Part shown: positions 20,274 to 30,605 of the stretch, piece after piece
How the letters are laid out: each line of letters begins with the position of its first letter
Position numbering within the stretch: the first letter of the stretch is position 1
DNA from: an uncultured Candidatus Saccharibacteria bacterium
GTDB lineage: Bacteria; Patescibacteriota; Minisyncoccia; Minisyncoccales; CAYJUL01
Length of the DNA: 64,000 nt
Assembly: GCA_964401295.1 (NCBI GenBank)
Contig: CAYNXX010000001.1
Location: 137,076-201,075 of the forward strand
Direction of reading: 5' to 3'
Position numbers and translations under genes: made by a program
Notes under the pieces: model-generated
Seen by the model: only the letters and a program-made list of their open reading frames with translations
Database searches by the model: none
What the model was told of the DNA's origin: nothing

Positions 20274-21599
20274 TTAACCTAATGAATTTGTCAACTTTTT
20301 AAACAGTTCATCTATTTTTTCTCTTTTCTGCTCCATCGTGTCTCTATAACGTACTGTAGCCGTGTCGTCTTTCAAGCTTTGATGATCAATTGTTATACAA
20401 TACGGCGTTCCTATTTCGTCCTGCCTACGATACCTACGACCTATTGTACCAACCTCATCATACTGACACATAAAATTGTTTTTTAATACGCTGTGTACTT
20501 CTTTGGCTTTTGAGACCAGTTCCGCATTATTTTTGACCAACGGCAAAATAGCCGCACGGATGGGTGCAATTTTTTTATTTAAATGTAAAACTATTTCTTT
20601 TTCTTTTGCCGATTCGGTGGTTTTTGTTCTGCCGCCTCTTATCTCTTCATAAGCATCAAGCAAGAGCGCGAGTATTAAGCGGTCAATGCCCAAAGTTGGC
20701 TCAATAACATACGGAGTAAATCTTTTGCCAATCTCCTCGTCAAAGTATCGCAAATCTTGCCCAGAAAACTGGGAGTGCCGAGATAAATCATAATCCGTCC
20801 GGTTCGCAACACCCGCCAACTCTGCCCACCCGAAGGGAAAATGATACTCAATGTCAATAGTGCGCTTAGAATAATGAGCTAAATCTTTTTTGGCGTGCTC
20901 TTTGCGCTGCAGATTTTCTTTTTTCAGACCCAAATCCAAAAAGAACGTTTCCCATGCCTCCAGCCACTCATCGAATGCTTTTTCATCTTGTCCAGGCTTC
21001 ACGAAATATTCTATCTCCGCAATGTCAAACTCGCGCGAGCGAAAAGTGAAGTTGCCCGTAGTGATTTCATTGCGAAAACAACGTCCGATTTGGGCAATGC
21101 CCAGCGGCAATTTCTGGCGCATGGATTCCTGGACAAGTTTAAAATCCTCGAACATTGATTGTGCGGTTTCGGGCCTCAAATAAGCCGCGCCGGCTTGATC
21201 TTCCACCGGACCCAAAAATGTTTTAAACATCAGATTAAACCGCCGCGGCGCGGTAAATTCTTTGCCTCCGCAAAATGGACATTTACCGTCCCTTAAATGG
21301 TCTTGCCTAAATCTAGCGTGGCACTTTTTGCATTCAACCAAGGCATCGCTGAAGCTAGCTATATGCCCAGAAGCCTCCCAGGTTTTAGGATGCATAATAA
21401 CGGTCCCGTCAATTAAAAAAACGTTGTCGCGCTCCTGCACGAATTTCTTAATCCATTCCGCCTTTATATTATTTTTCATCAATACCCCGAGCGGCCCGTA
21501 ATCCCAGAGAGCTTCTATGCCTCCGTAGATCCCAGAAGTCTGAAAAATAAAACCGCGGCGTTTGGCAAGAGAAGTAATTTTATCCATTAGGTTTTCCAT
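20274..21599 (-). CDS. glyQS: Glycyl-tRNA synthetase (alpha2 type)
   Basis: WDYGPLG, YLRPETAQ, FRNEIT, IGRRYRRQDEIGTP. Confidence 0.96.
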   Translation of the reverse strand: MENLMDKITSLAKRRGFIFQTSGIYGGIEALWDYGPLGVLMKNNIKAEWIKKFVQERDNVFLIDGTVIMHPKTWEASGHIASFSDALVECKKCHARFRQDHLRDGKCPFCGGKEFTAPRRFNLMFKTFLGPVEDQAGAAYLRPETAQSMFEDFKLVQESMRQKLPLGIAQIGRCFRNEITTGNFTFRSREFDIAEIEYFVKPGQDEKAFDEWLEAWETFFLDLGLKKENLQRKEHAKKDLAHYSKRTIDIEYHFPFGWAELAGVANRTDYDLSRHSQFSGQDLRYFDEEIGKRFTPYVIEPTLGIDRLILALLLDAYEEIRGGRTKTTESAKEKEIVLHLNKKIAPIRAAILPLVKNNAELVSKAKEVHSVLKNNFMCQYDEVGTIGRRYRRQDEIGTPYCITIDHQSLKDDTATVRYRDTMEQKREKIDELFKKLTNSLG

Positions 21600-21609
21600 A
21601 AATACAAAC

Positions 21610-23268
21610 CTATCTGATTAAGCCACTATTGTTTGACAGCGAAGAATCATCCGGCAATGTTGTGTCTATTGTTGCGCTCGTATCGTAAGCGACCTCGGCT
21701 CCAGACCAGCTATCCGCGCCCAAAAGACGGGCTGCAGAAATTAATGGCATGGTCTTACCTAAGTCTGAAGATTCTGGTTTTAACATTATCTGAAAAGCTA
21801 TTGACGGACCAAGGTCGGTCGCGCTGCCTGCGCGCACACTGCCCACATCCCATAAAAGCTCGTCTGTTGAAGCCTCAACGACCAGCTTTGCATCTTGCGG
21901 AAAAGTCTTTCCGACAAGCGAAACTTTTGGCGGCAATGCTGCTCTTATCGAAACACTACCAAGGTCACTATAAGATGGTTTTATCCTCCAAACTACGGTA
22001 TAAGTTGTACTTTGGCCAACCTGTGGCGGAATCGGGCCGGAGTTACCGAAAATATTATCAGTATAATAAACCGATTGAGTCAAAACTGGCTTGGCCTGAA
22101 TTTTTGTTTCAAACTGCTGGCGCGTCTGAGAAAGAACAACGGTATCTTTGACTGATGGATTTTTATCCCCGGTCATTAAAGCGGATTCGTTTTTAAGATT
22201 AATCCAGAATTCAACGCTGCCTTCTTCTCCCGAATTCAAAAATTTTAGCTTAGGAACTCTCTGCGAATCCCAAATTATTGAATTGTCGCCCGATTGAAAT
22301 TGCCCGTCTTCGGTTTTGACGCTTGAAAGATCAAATGGGTAGCCGTCAAGACGAACCACTAAAAATAAATTGTCGAAATAATTTTCTCCGACATTGCGGA
22401 AGGTTACCTGGTAATGCAGAACGTCTCCGGGATTAGCTATGTAATTATCTGTGCCGTTAATCGTCTGGGAAATAAGCAGATCGGGTTGGGATATAGATAT
22501 GGCCTTCTCTATTTCTTTCAACAAAACGAATTCTCCATCAACCCATACGCCGAGCTGGGCTTTAAAATCTTTCTCCTGCGATAAGTCTCCTGTCAAAGAA
22601 CCACTGATATTAACGCTTCCTCCTTGTCTGCCGTTTAAAAGACCGATGTCCCATTCATTATTTTCTATGCCGCGCGGTTTGCTTCCAGAAAACTGAAAGC
22701 CCGACGGATATTGCATTAAAAGTCTTACTCCGGAAACCGGATAGTTGCCGGTAGAAGAATAATTCACCGTGAAAGACATAGGCTTCGCGTTCTCTGCCCG
22801 CGAAGGCAATACTAAATCCAAATTTAGCGGCACGGATGAAATAAGCGTTGTTGCGCTGGTTTTTGATTCGTATTTTGCTTTAAGATTTTTGGGGCTGTAG
22901 CTTATCGTCACCTTTGCAACCTGTGCCTGGTTTTCCGCTCCAAACAATCTTGCTTTGAACGTTTCGGTTCTTTCTTGGCCCGGGTATATATCATCAAGTT
23001 TCTTTGCGAAAATCTTACCTGAATCGGCCTCCGGGAAGGAACGACTAGGATATTCAAAAAGCAATTTTACATCTTCAAGCGCCACGTTTCCGTTGTTTTT
23101 ATACTTAACTACATACTCAATCCCGTCAAAAGCCTGAACTTTATCCGGCGCCAAAAGCTCAAGCTTTAAAACGTCCTTGGAATAAACATTTCTCTGGTAA
23201 TACCAAAGGCCAGCCAGGCTGATGGCTAGAGCCAATGCAATTAAAACAAGGCTAATTTTTATTTTCAT
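21610..23268 (-). CDS. Membrane-anchored beta-sandwich (DUF11/Ig-like) surface protein
   Basis: One N-terminal TM helix, then repeated beta-rich modules (Y.VKYKNNG, Y.VTFRN.G, TTYTVVW). Confidence 0.7.
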   Translation of the reverse strand: MKIKISLVLIALALAISLAGLWYYQRNVYSKDVLKLELLAPDKVQAFDGIEYVVKYKNNGNVALEDVKLLFEYPSRSFPEADSGKIFAKKLDDIYPGQERTETFKARLFGAENQAQVAKVTISYSPKNLKAKYESKTSATTLISSVPLNLDLVLPSRAENAKPMSFTVNYSSTGNYPVSGVRLLMQYPSGFQFSGSKPRGIENNEWDIGLLNGRQGGSVNISGSLTGDLSQEKDFKAQLGVWVDGEFVLLKEIEKAISISQPDLLISQTINGTDNYIANPGDVLHYQVTFRNVGENYFDNLFLVVRLDGYPFDLSSVKTEDGQFQSGDNSIIWDSQRVPKLKFLNSGEEGSVEFWINLKNESALMTGDKNPSVKDTVVLSQTRQQFETKIQAKPVLTQSVYYTDNIFGNSGPIPPQVGQSTTYTVVWRIKPSYSDLGSVSIRAALPPKVSLVGKTFPQDAKLVVEASTDELLWDVGSVRAGSATDLGPSIAFQIMLKPESSDLGKTMPLISAARLLGADSWSGAEVAYDTSATIDTTLPDDSSLSNNSGLIR

Positions 23269-24008
23269 TAAATATAGTTTGCTATTGGTTTAATTTGCCG
23301 AAAGTAACCTTCCAAAATTTTGTTTAGATTTATCGCAGCTGAATTTTCTATTTTTATTTTTATAATCTCTTCCCAAGGCCTTGCAAAGATCAGACGTAAT
23401 ATTTTAACTTCATCCGGCCTTATGGGTATTTTATCGTTTTTTGCACCCCTTGGAAAACAATGTGTGCAAACAATCCCTCCGCTGCCAAAACAAAAGGCTA
23501 ATTTACCAGGGATTAATTTTTTGTCGCATAAAATGCAAGCTGAAAGATCGGGTTTATAACCAATATGACCGGCAAAATTCCAAAGGCAATAAAGATAAAA
23601 TGGCAATAATTTATTATCGTCTAAGCTATCGCTATCAAGAGTCGCAAGCATATTTCTAAACGCCTGGAACGCTTCCGGATCCCTCTCCTCTTCTTTCAGG
23701 ACAGCATTGATCATATCGGCCATTTTATACGCGATTTTCAATCTCGCAGACTCAGCATGCAACTTCTCAAATTTATCCAAGACCAATGCATCCGTCAACG
23801 TCTTCCTGCCGCGTCCCTCAATAAATGCAATTTCGGAAAGATATAATAAGTCAATCCCAGAACGAAGTTTAGAGGAAATTTTTCTTATTCCCTTAGCCGC
23901 TATAAAAACTTTTCCGAAATTTTTCGTCAAAACTGTAAAAAGCTGATCGGCTTCGCCGATGTCTTTTTTATTTAAAATGATGCCTAAAGAACGGTGATGA
24001 GTAAACAT
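23268..24008 (-). CDS. recO: DNA repair protein RecO
   Basis: GEAD..FTVLT..FGK, AKGIRK..SKLRS, CxxC..CxxC; start placed at MFTHH. Confidence 0.92.
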   Translation of the reverse strand: MFTHHRSLGIILNKKDIGEADQLFTVLTKNFGKVFIAAKGIRKISSKLRSGIDLLYLSEIAFIEGRGRKTLTDALVLDKFEKLHAESARLKIAYKMADMINAVLKEEERDPEAFQAFRNMLATLDSDSLDDNKLLPFYLYCLWNFAGHIGYKPDLSACILCDKKLIPGKLAFCFGSGGIVCTHCFPRGAKNDKIPIRPDEVKILRLIFARPWEEIIKIKIENSAAINLNKILEGYFRQIKPIANYI

Positions 24009-24021
24009 TGATCGAATGAAA

Positions 24022-27000
24022 TTATATCTTTTGGATACCAAGACGCAACGGCTTGCCATCAACTTTTATCTCTTTGGCTTTTGGATATTTTTTAAAAACG
24101 AGGTCCTTTGCTCGCGTTTCCTGCAGGATTGTTTTTTTGTTTTTGGCGATAATATCCAAAAGCCTGTCTTGGCCTTCGCAAAATATAATTATTGAGTGTT
24201 TCGGTTTAAGACCGGCTCTTTTACGCTCTTCCTGCAGAGTTCTGATAACCTCTCTTATCATGCCTTCTTCTTTAAGCTCTGGCGTAATTTCCGTATCAAG
24301 CGAAAAAGTTTTTCCAAAAATTATATTTTTGACATTTACTTCATCTTTAATAAGTTCCAGCAATTTTTTCTTTTTCTGCAATTCTCTCTGCGCTATCGCA
24401 AGCTCTTTCAACGGCTGCCTCACTTTAATGCCGGCTCTGGCTCTTGCCGCCAGCGCCGCGGCGACGATATCGCGCGCCAAATCCATATCTTTTTCCAATT
24501 CTTGGCTTAATAAGCTTTTCGCAAGCACAGGCCATTTTTCCAGATGCAAACTTTCTTTATATCTGCCTTTTTTTTGGGTGATACGAAGATAAATATCTTC
24601 GGAAATAAATGGCACGAATGGAGCGCAAAGCCTGCAAACGTCGCGCAAGACAGATGCCAACACCGAACATGCAACCTTAGAATCTTTATCTTTTTCTTTT
24701 TTTTGCAAACGGCGCCTTGATCTTCTAATATACCACTGGGACAAATCTTCAATGACAAAATTTTCCAGAGTTCTTGCGGCCTGCATAATATCGTAATTAT
24801 CCAAGCTCGCTGTTACATTTTTTATAGTCGTTTGAAGCTTTGAAAGTATCCACGAATCCAAAACTCCAAGATCTTTTACGGGCGGATTTTTTGTATACTC
24901 TTGCGAATAAGTATCAAAAAATATATAACAATTCCACAGGATTAAAATAAATTTTTTGAACGCTAAATCTATATCTGATTCTTTGAAAAGCTTCGCCTCT
25001 CCCGGCTGGTTAACAGTGTAAAAATACCACCTTACTGCGTCGGCCCCATATTTATCCAACACAGCCCAAGGATTTACGGCATTGCCTTTAGACTTTGACA
25101 TTTTTTCTCCCCTTTCGTCCAAAACATGGCCTAGGGAAATAACGTTTTCATACGGCGCGCTAAATCCTAGTGCGCTTGAAATGGCAAGTAGTGTGTAAAA
25201 CCAGCCCCGCGTCTGGTCTACAGCCTCGGAAATATAATCGGCTGGGAATAATTCTGGCGGATTTAATTTCCGATTTTTGCGCTCACCGACATGCGCGAAT
25301 GGCCAATGACCTTGCGCAAATGGCATTGCTCCGGAATCAAACCAGACATCGCTAACATCTTTAACCCTCTTCATAATCCTGCCGCACTTTTGGCAATAAA
25401 ATTTTACTTCATCAATATATGGGCGGTGCGGATCAAATTGACCTTTTTCATCTAGGGGCACTTTTTTATATTCTACCTTGCGGATTTCTCCAGTACGCGG
25501 CCCGCCGACATTCTGTTTTATTTTCAAGATCCTTTCATCGCTCAAGCCAGCCAGCGTATTTGTAAGCAGCCAAAGCGGATCGCCGTGGCTGACAATCAAA
25601 ATTTTTGAATTTTTATGTTTTTTTTCTATGGAGTCAAGAGCATCAAATACTCTTTTTCTACATTGGCCGTAATTCTCTCCCCCGGCCGGTTTTTTATCAT
25701 AAAACCTATCGAGCTTGAGCGGAAAATCTTGATAAAATCTTTCTTTTGTGCCACCGTGATACCCGCCCAAATTGATATCCCTTAATCTTCGATCAAAAAC
25801 TATTTTAACTCCACCCAGCTCTTTGGAAACTATTTTTGCGCTCTGACGTGTGCGCATAACGTCCGAAGCGTAAATTATGCTTATTTTTTCCTTTTTGAGT
25901 TTCTGCGCGCATTTTCTGATTTGCTTCTCACCCTCTTTGGTCAAAAATACTGGCTCTTTTTCTGGCCACGGATACATAAAAGCTGTTTTTTTTGTCTGAT
26001 ATTCGGTCTGGCCATGACGTATTACATAATATTCATTGGTTGAAAATTTTTTTGAAAATAAATCCTGCTTGGATCCTATTGCGCATACATCTTTGCACTC
26101 AGTGCACTGCCAAAGCGGTAAGGGCGTACCCCAATATCTTTCGCGCGAAAAAGCCCAATCTTTTACTTCTTTAAGCCATTCGCCGAACCTACCTTCTTTA
26201 AGATGCTCCGGAATCCATTTTATTTGTTTGTTATTTTCCAGCAGCCGATCTTTTATCGCTGTTATTTTCACGAACCACGACTCTTTGGCGTAATACAAAA
26301 GCGGCGAGGCGCAACGCCAACAGAAAGGATAATCATGTTCGTATATTTCTTCCCCAAAAAGCAAACCGCGTTTTTTCAAATCTTCTTTAATTAGTTTATC
26401 TGCATCTTTGACAAACAATCCATTCCAGGTATAACCGGGGGTTATCATTTTTCCCTGGCCATCAACGGTCAATAAAATCGGCGCGCTATCGGCATATTTT
26501 TTGACCGCTTCCATATCTTCCTCTCCGAAAGCCGGCGCTATATGAACTAACCCGGTACCCTCATCTTTTGATATAAAATTGCCGGCAATTAAACTATATG
26601 GCTTGAAGTTGGAATCCGAAACGATTGAACCGACATAGAAAGGTTCATATTCCAAACCCAATAACTTTTTGCCATTTATTTCCTGAATAATTTCGCAGTC
26701 TTCTCCTAAAATGTTTAACCTATTCTTGGCTAAAATAAAATTATCATTGCCCTTTTTTGCTTTTACGTAAATAAACTCTGGGTTTACAGCTATGGCAATA
26801 TTGCCAGGCAGCGTCCATGGAGTTGTGGTCCAAACTAAAAGATAGTCATTTTTTTTACCTTTTATCCTAAATTTTATATATATTGCCGGCTCTTTTATTT
26901 TTTTGTATCCGAGTGCTACTTCGTGGCTTGAAAGAGAAGTTCCGCACCGCGGGCAATAGGGCACGACCTTAAAATCTTTGCGCAAAAGTCCTTTTTCCCA

Positions 27001-27480
27001 AACTCTTTTTATGATCCACCATAAAGTTTCAATATAATCGGCTTCGTATGTCACGTATGGATGTTCCATGTCTAGCCAAAAGCCGATTCTTGCAGTTAAT
27101 TTTTCCCATTCTTTTTTATAAAGCCAAACTGATTGTCTGCATTTTTTATTAAATCTGGCAATGCCATATTTTTCTATATCTTTTTTATTTTTTAGACCAA
27201 GTTCCTTTTCTATCTCAAGCTCTACTGGCAGACCATGCGTATCCCAACCGGCCTTGCGCAAAACGCGAAACCCCCGCATGGTTTTATAACGGCATATAAT
27301 ATCTTTATAGACCCTAGCCTCTACGTGATGTATTCCGGGCCGGGCGTTGGCGGTCGGTGGACCCTCATAAAAGACAAAGTCGCGGGCTCTGGCTCGCTGT
27401 TTCACGCTTTTCTCAAAAATCTTGTTTTTCTTCCAATATTTCAGTATTTTTTGTTCTTGTTTTGGGAAATTTATTTCCAT
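24022..27480 (-). CDS. ileS: Isoleucyl-tRNA synthetase (IleRS2-like) with an inserted histidine-phosphatase domain
   Basis: EGPPTAN..GIHH, GWDTHGLP, WTTTPWTL, KMSKS; insertion carrying RHG...SHG. Confidence 0.96.
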   Translation of the reverse strand: MEINFPKQEQKILKYWKKNKIFEKSVKQRARARDFVFYEGPPTANARPGIHHVEARVYKDIICRYKTMRGFRVLRKAGWDTHGLPVELEIEKELGLKNKKDIEKYGIARFNKKCRQSVWLYKKEWEKLTARIGFWLDMEHPYVTYEADYIETLWWIIKRVWEKGLLRKDFKVVPYCPRCGTSLSSHEVALGYKKIKEPAIYIKFRIKGKKNDYLLVWTTTPWTLPGNIAIAVNPEFIYVKAKKGNDNFILAKNRLNILGEDCEIIQEINGKKLLGLEYEPFYVGSIVSDSNFKPYSLIAGNFISKDEGTGLVHIAPAFGEEDMEAVKKYADSAPILLTVDGQGKMITPGYTWNGLFVKDADKLIKEDLKKRGLLFGEEIYEHDYPFCWRCASPLLYYAKESWFVKITAIKDRLLENNKQIKWIPEHLKEGRFGEWLKEVKDWAFSRERYWGTPLPLWQCTECKDVCAIGSKQDLFSKKFSTNEYYVIRHGQTEYQTKKTAFMYPWPEKEPVFLTKEGEKQIRKCAQKLKKEKISIIYASDVMRTRQSAKIVSKELGGVKIVFDRRLRDINLGGYHGGTKERFYQDFPLKLDRFYDKKPAGGENYGQCRKRVFDALDSIEKKHKNSKILIVSHGDPLWLLTNTLAGLSDERILKIKQNVGGPRTGEIRKVEYKKVPLDEKGQFDPHRPYIDEVKFYCQKCGRIMKRVKDVSDVWFDSGAMPFAQGHWPFAHVGERKNRKLNPPELFPADYISEAVDQTRGWFYTLLAISSALGFSAPYENVISLGHVLDERGEKMSKSKGNAVNPWAVLDKYGADAVRWYFYTVNQPGEAKLFKESDIDLAFKKFILILWNCYIFFDTYSQEYTKNPPVKDLGVLDSWILSKLQTTIKNVTASLDNYDIMQAARTLENFVIEDLSQWYIRRSRRRLQKKEKDKDSKVACSVLASVLRDVCRLCAPFVPFISEDIYLRITQKKGRYKESLHLEKWPVLAKSLLSQELEKDMDLARDIVAAALAARARAGIKVRQPLKELAIAQRELQKKKKLLELIKDEVNVKNIIFGKTFSLDTEITPELKEEGMIREVIRTLQEERKRAGLKPKHSIIIFCEGQDRLLDIIAKNKKTILQETRAKDLVFKKYPKAKEIKVDGKPLRLGIQKI

Positions 27481-27523
27481 TGCTATTTAATAATGTATCA
27501 CTTTTGTGCTTAATTTTCAATGA

Positions 27524-27546
27524 AAAACCCGACAATGTCGGGTTTT
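27524..27546. terminator. Terminator-like hairpin
   Basis: AAAACCCGAC-AAT-GTCGGGTTTT. Confidence 0.6.
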
Positions 27547-28213
27547 ATTTCCAAAATCTTTTTTTATTTGCCCCAGCGCGGCGCAAAATCTCTATTTGAG
27601 CAAGGACATTTTGCGCTAACGCTTCAAGACGCCCCGATGTGCCATCAAGTTCTTTACTAATAGACGGAACAAATTTTAATATAAGTTTTTCGACGGGACC
27701 CAAGCGGTTTAGCGTATTTGAAATCAAACCGCAATTTATCCTTCCGTATGGCGGAACAATCACACCCATATCAAGCAACGCGGCGCACAGCGTATTGCCC
27801 ACGCCGCCCTCTTCAAAGCCGTAATTCACGATAAGACCTGCAACCTTACCCTCAAGCAAGGCTTCTTCTTCAAGAATGTTAAACTTTTCAAAAAGAGCTA
27901 CGGTAAGGGAACACGGCATGCGCCAGTGTACAGAAGTTGAAAGTATAAAGCCGTCAGCGCCAAGCAAAATATCGTAAAGCGCGACGGTATCTCGGTTTAC
28001 ATATGGCGGATTCGCCAAGCGCTGAAATTTTTTTGCGGCGTATTCCTTTTTTGGAAATATATCCAAGTCTATAAGATGCAAAAGTGATGTTTTTGCTCCG
28101 TGTTTTTTTACGAAGGAAAGGGTTTTCTTGAGATTAACCGCGGCGGGGCCATCTTTCGCAAGAGAACCATTAATCCCCACTATAATGGGTGTCGATTGGT
28201 CGTCTTCTCCCAT
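27545..28213 (-). CDS. Flavodoxin-like / NADPH-dependent FMN reductase family
   Basis: IVGINGS, ADGFILSTSVHW, LEGKVAG. Confidence 0.75.
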   Translation of the reverse strand: MGEDDQSTPIIVGINGSLAKDGPAAVNLKKTLSFVKKHGAKTSLLHLIDLDIFPKKEYAAKKFQRLANPPYVNRDTVALYDILLGADGFILSTSVHWRMPCSLTVALFEKFNILEEEALLEGKVAGLIVNYGFEEGGVGNTLCAALLDMGVIVPPYGRINCGLISNTLNRLGPVEKLILKFVPSISKELDGTSGRLEALAQNVLAQIEILRRAGANKKRFWK

Positions 28214-28214
28214 G

Positions 28215-28532
28215 TCAAATTTTGCCCGCGGCTTTTAGATATTGACCGGCATTTAACAAGACAACAAACCAATAAATTGTGGCGGCCATGGCAAGCGCAA
28301 GGGTCACTTCGCGTTCTTTTTGCGGAGAGGACTTGCTGGCAAAATAAATTGTGGCGCCGACAACGGCAGCCTTAACGGCGATAACCCTTCCCCATTGTCT
28401 TTTCTCAACCAATCCCGCAAAAAATGGATTGGCCTCGTGTATTTTATCTGGAAATCTTTCTTTGGCCCAAAAAGTAGTTAGAAAATCAAAAACATGACCC
28501 AGGATGCACAAAGTAAGAAGCCTTTTCTTCAT
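28215..28532 (-). CDS. Small membrane protein (DUF5658-like)
   Basis: D.LTT...EANP motif with three hydrophobic helices. Confidence 0.6.
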   Translation of the reverse strand: MKKRLLTLCILGHVFDFLTTFWAKERFPDKIHEANPFFAGLVEKRQWGRVIAVKAAVVGATIYFASKSSPQKEREVTLALAMAATIYWFVVLLNAGQYLKAAGKI

Positions 28533-28609
28533 TCAGCGCCTCCGATTTTTAATGAACGTTTTCGGGCTGATAATATAATATAGCAATATAGCGCAGGAAA
28601 ATGCAATGG

Positions 28610-30271
28610 CTACATTTTTTCCGGCGCGGAAATGCACATCGCCATTAGGGCATTTTCAAGAGTTATTTTTGCCGCCAAAAGCAAAGCCAAACGTGCACCT
28701 TCAAGGTTTTTATCTTCGCTTATCACCCGGCAATCTCTGTAGAATTGATGAAAAACAGTTGCCACATCAATAGCATATTGCGCCAAACTTTGAACTTGAT
28801 AAGTCTCTGCCGTAGCCTCAATGATTTCAGGAAAACGTATAAGTTGTTTTATTAAGGCTAGTTCGCTGGGATGTATTAATAATTTTAAATCTTGGCTTGC
28901 AATTTTAAACTTTAATTTTTTCTTACCGAGGCGTACCCCCGAGGCATGCCTTCCCCGGACTGAAACTAGTCTTGGGCCGGGAATTTTGAATTTATTTATA
29001 ATGCTGCAGATTCTAGCGTGGGCATATTGCACATAATAGACCGGATTTTTTTCGGATTGTTCTTTCGCCAAATCAAGATCAAAATTAAGATGGTTGCCAT
29101 AGTTTCTCGTCAAAAAGAAAAATCTTGTCGCATCAGGGCCGATTTCATCCAGCAATTCTTCAGTTGTGACGTAGCTACCCGCGACTCTTTTAGACATCTT
29201 AAGTTCTTTGCCGCCTTCCATAAGTTTTACAAGCTGCATAATGATTGGTTCGACCTGGTCGCGTTTATATCCTAAAGCTTCGGCAGCGGCTTTAAGGCGA
29301 TTGATATAGCCATGATGTTCAGCTCCCAAAAAAATTATTAATCGGCTAAATCCTCTTTTAAATTTATTGTCAAGATAAGCTATCTCTGAAAGAAAATATG
29401 TGTTGCCGAGCTTCCTTTCTTCGGTCACTTTCTTTAATACCCTGTCTTTGTCGTCGCCGAACTGCGAAGAAAGAAACCATAGGGTTCCATCTTCTTCCTT
29501 AATGAAATTTTTGCGACGCAATTCTGCCAATAACTTTTCTATCGCGTCTCCTTTATATAAATCGCTCTCGTATGACCAGACATCGTAAGTAATTCCCATT
29601 TTCGCGACAGTGTTTTTTATTTCACCAACAATAAAAGTAACTGCTTTTTTAACGTCTCTCTCTCCGTTTTTTCTTAATTCTTCCACGTATTCGTTTTTGT
29701 ATAGCGGCTCTTTTTCCGGATCCAAAGATTGTTCAAGGAAAAAAATTTGTCTTCCCATGTCATTCACGTAATATTCTTTTGTGACATCGAAATGAGCAAG
29801 TTTTAGAACCCTCGCCAGTACATCTCCACAAAAACCGCCGCGGGCATTGCCTACGTGCAAAGGACCCGTAGGATTAGCTGATATGAATTCCAGATTAATT
29901 TTTTTATTATTGCCGATATCGCTCTCTCCGAATCTGTCTTTTGCTTTCAATATCTCATTAACTTGTTTATGCAAATACTCTTTTGAAAGGAAAAAGTTTA
30001 TGAATCCGGGACCAGCGATTTCAATTTTTTTAAAAAGACTTTTATTTTTTATTTTATCGTATATTATCTTGGCCACATCAGCCGGATTTTTGCCGGTAGT
30101 TTTACCGAGATGTAAAGCAACCGGCGTGGAATAATCGCCGTTTTGCGGATCCTCCGGGCGCTCAATGAATATCTCAGACAGAACTGATATATTAAAGACG
30201 CCTTCTTGCTGAAGACTATCTAAGATTTCTTTTATTAATTTTTCTATTTTCTTCTTCGTGGTCATATCCAT
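28610..30271 (-). CDS. argS: Arginyl-tRNA synthetase
   Basis: EFISANPTGPLHVGN, KMSKR, YVQYAHARICS, C-terminal APEKM. Confidence 0.97.
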   Translation of the reverse strand: MDMTTKKKIEKLIKEILDSLQQEGVFNISVLSEIFIERPEDPQNGDYSTPVALHLGKTTGKNPADVAKIIYDKIKNKSLFKKIEIAGPGFINFFLSKEYLHKQVNEILKAKDRFGESDIGNNKKINLEFISANPTGPLHVGNARGGFCGDVLARVLKLAHFDVTKEYYVNDMGRQIFFLEQSLDPEKEPLYKNEYVEELRKNGERDVKKAVTFIVGEIKNTVAKMGITYDVWSYESDLYKGDAIEKLLAELRRKNFIKEEDGTLWFLSSQFGDDKDRVLKKVTEERKLGNTYFLSEIAYLDNKFKRGFSRLIIFLGAEHHGYINRLKAAAEALGYKRDQVEPIIMQLVKLMEGGKELKMSKRVAGSYVTTEELLDEIGPDATRFFFLTRNYGNHLNFDLDLAKEQSEKNPVYYVQYAHARICSIINKFKIPGPRLVSVRGRHASGVRLGKKKLKFKIASQDLKLLIHPSELALIKQLIRFPEIIEATAETYQVQSLAQYAIDVATVFHQFYRDCRVISEDKNLEGARLALLLAAKITLENALMAMCISAPEKM

Positions 30272-30605
30272 CCAAACACGTAGATGGCATCATTTTCAGT
30301 CTAAAATTATATTGGAAAAATTAAAAGAGGCCGATGGCCTCGTTTGGGCTTAAACTCATTCGTCAGGAAAGAAAGAAGACAAGGAGTCTTTGTAATTCTC
30401 CGGGAGAAAGACTTTAGCCGGAAGAATTAAAACTTGGTATCTCCTTCCACTCCACTGCGCGGCTACACCGCACGAAATAGTTCTAATCCTACTGACTCTA
30501 CGAATCATCCAGATATAGCATTGCGCTATTTATCATCACCGTAATCCGTGATGGTTCATGAATTATGGTGAGGGGGCATGGGATTGCGCGTGAGGGCGAC
30601 TTTTA

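Noticed and set aside
30356-30508. 50-aa minus-strand ORF upstream of argS
   Set aside because: No recognisable motif or clear RBS; cannot be supported.
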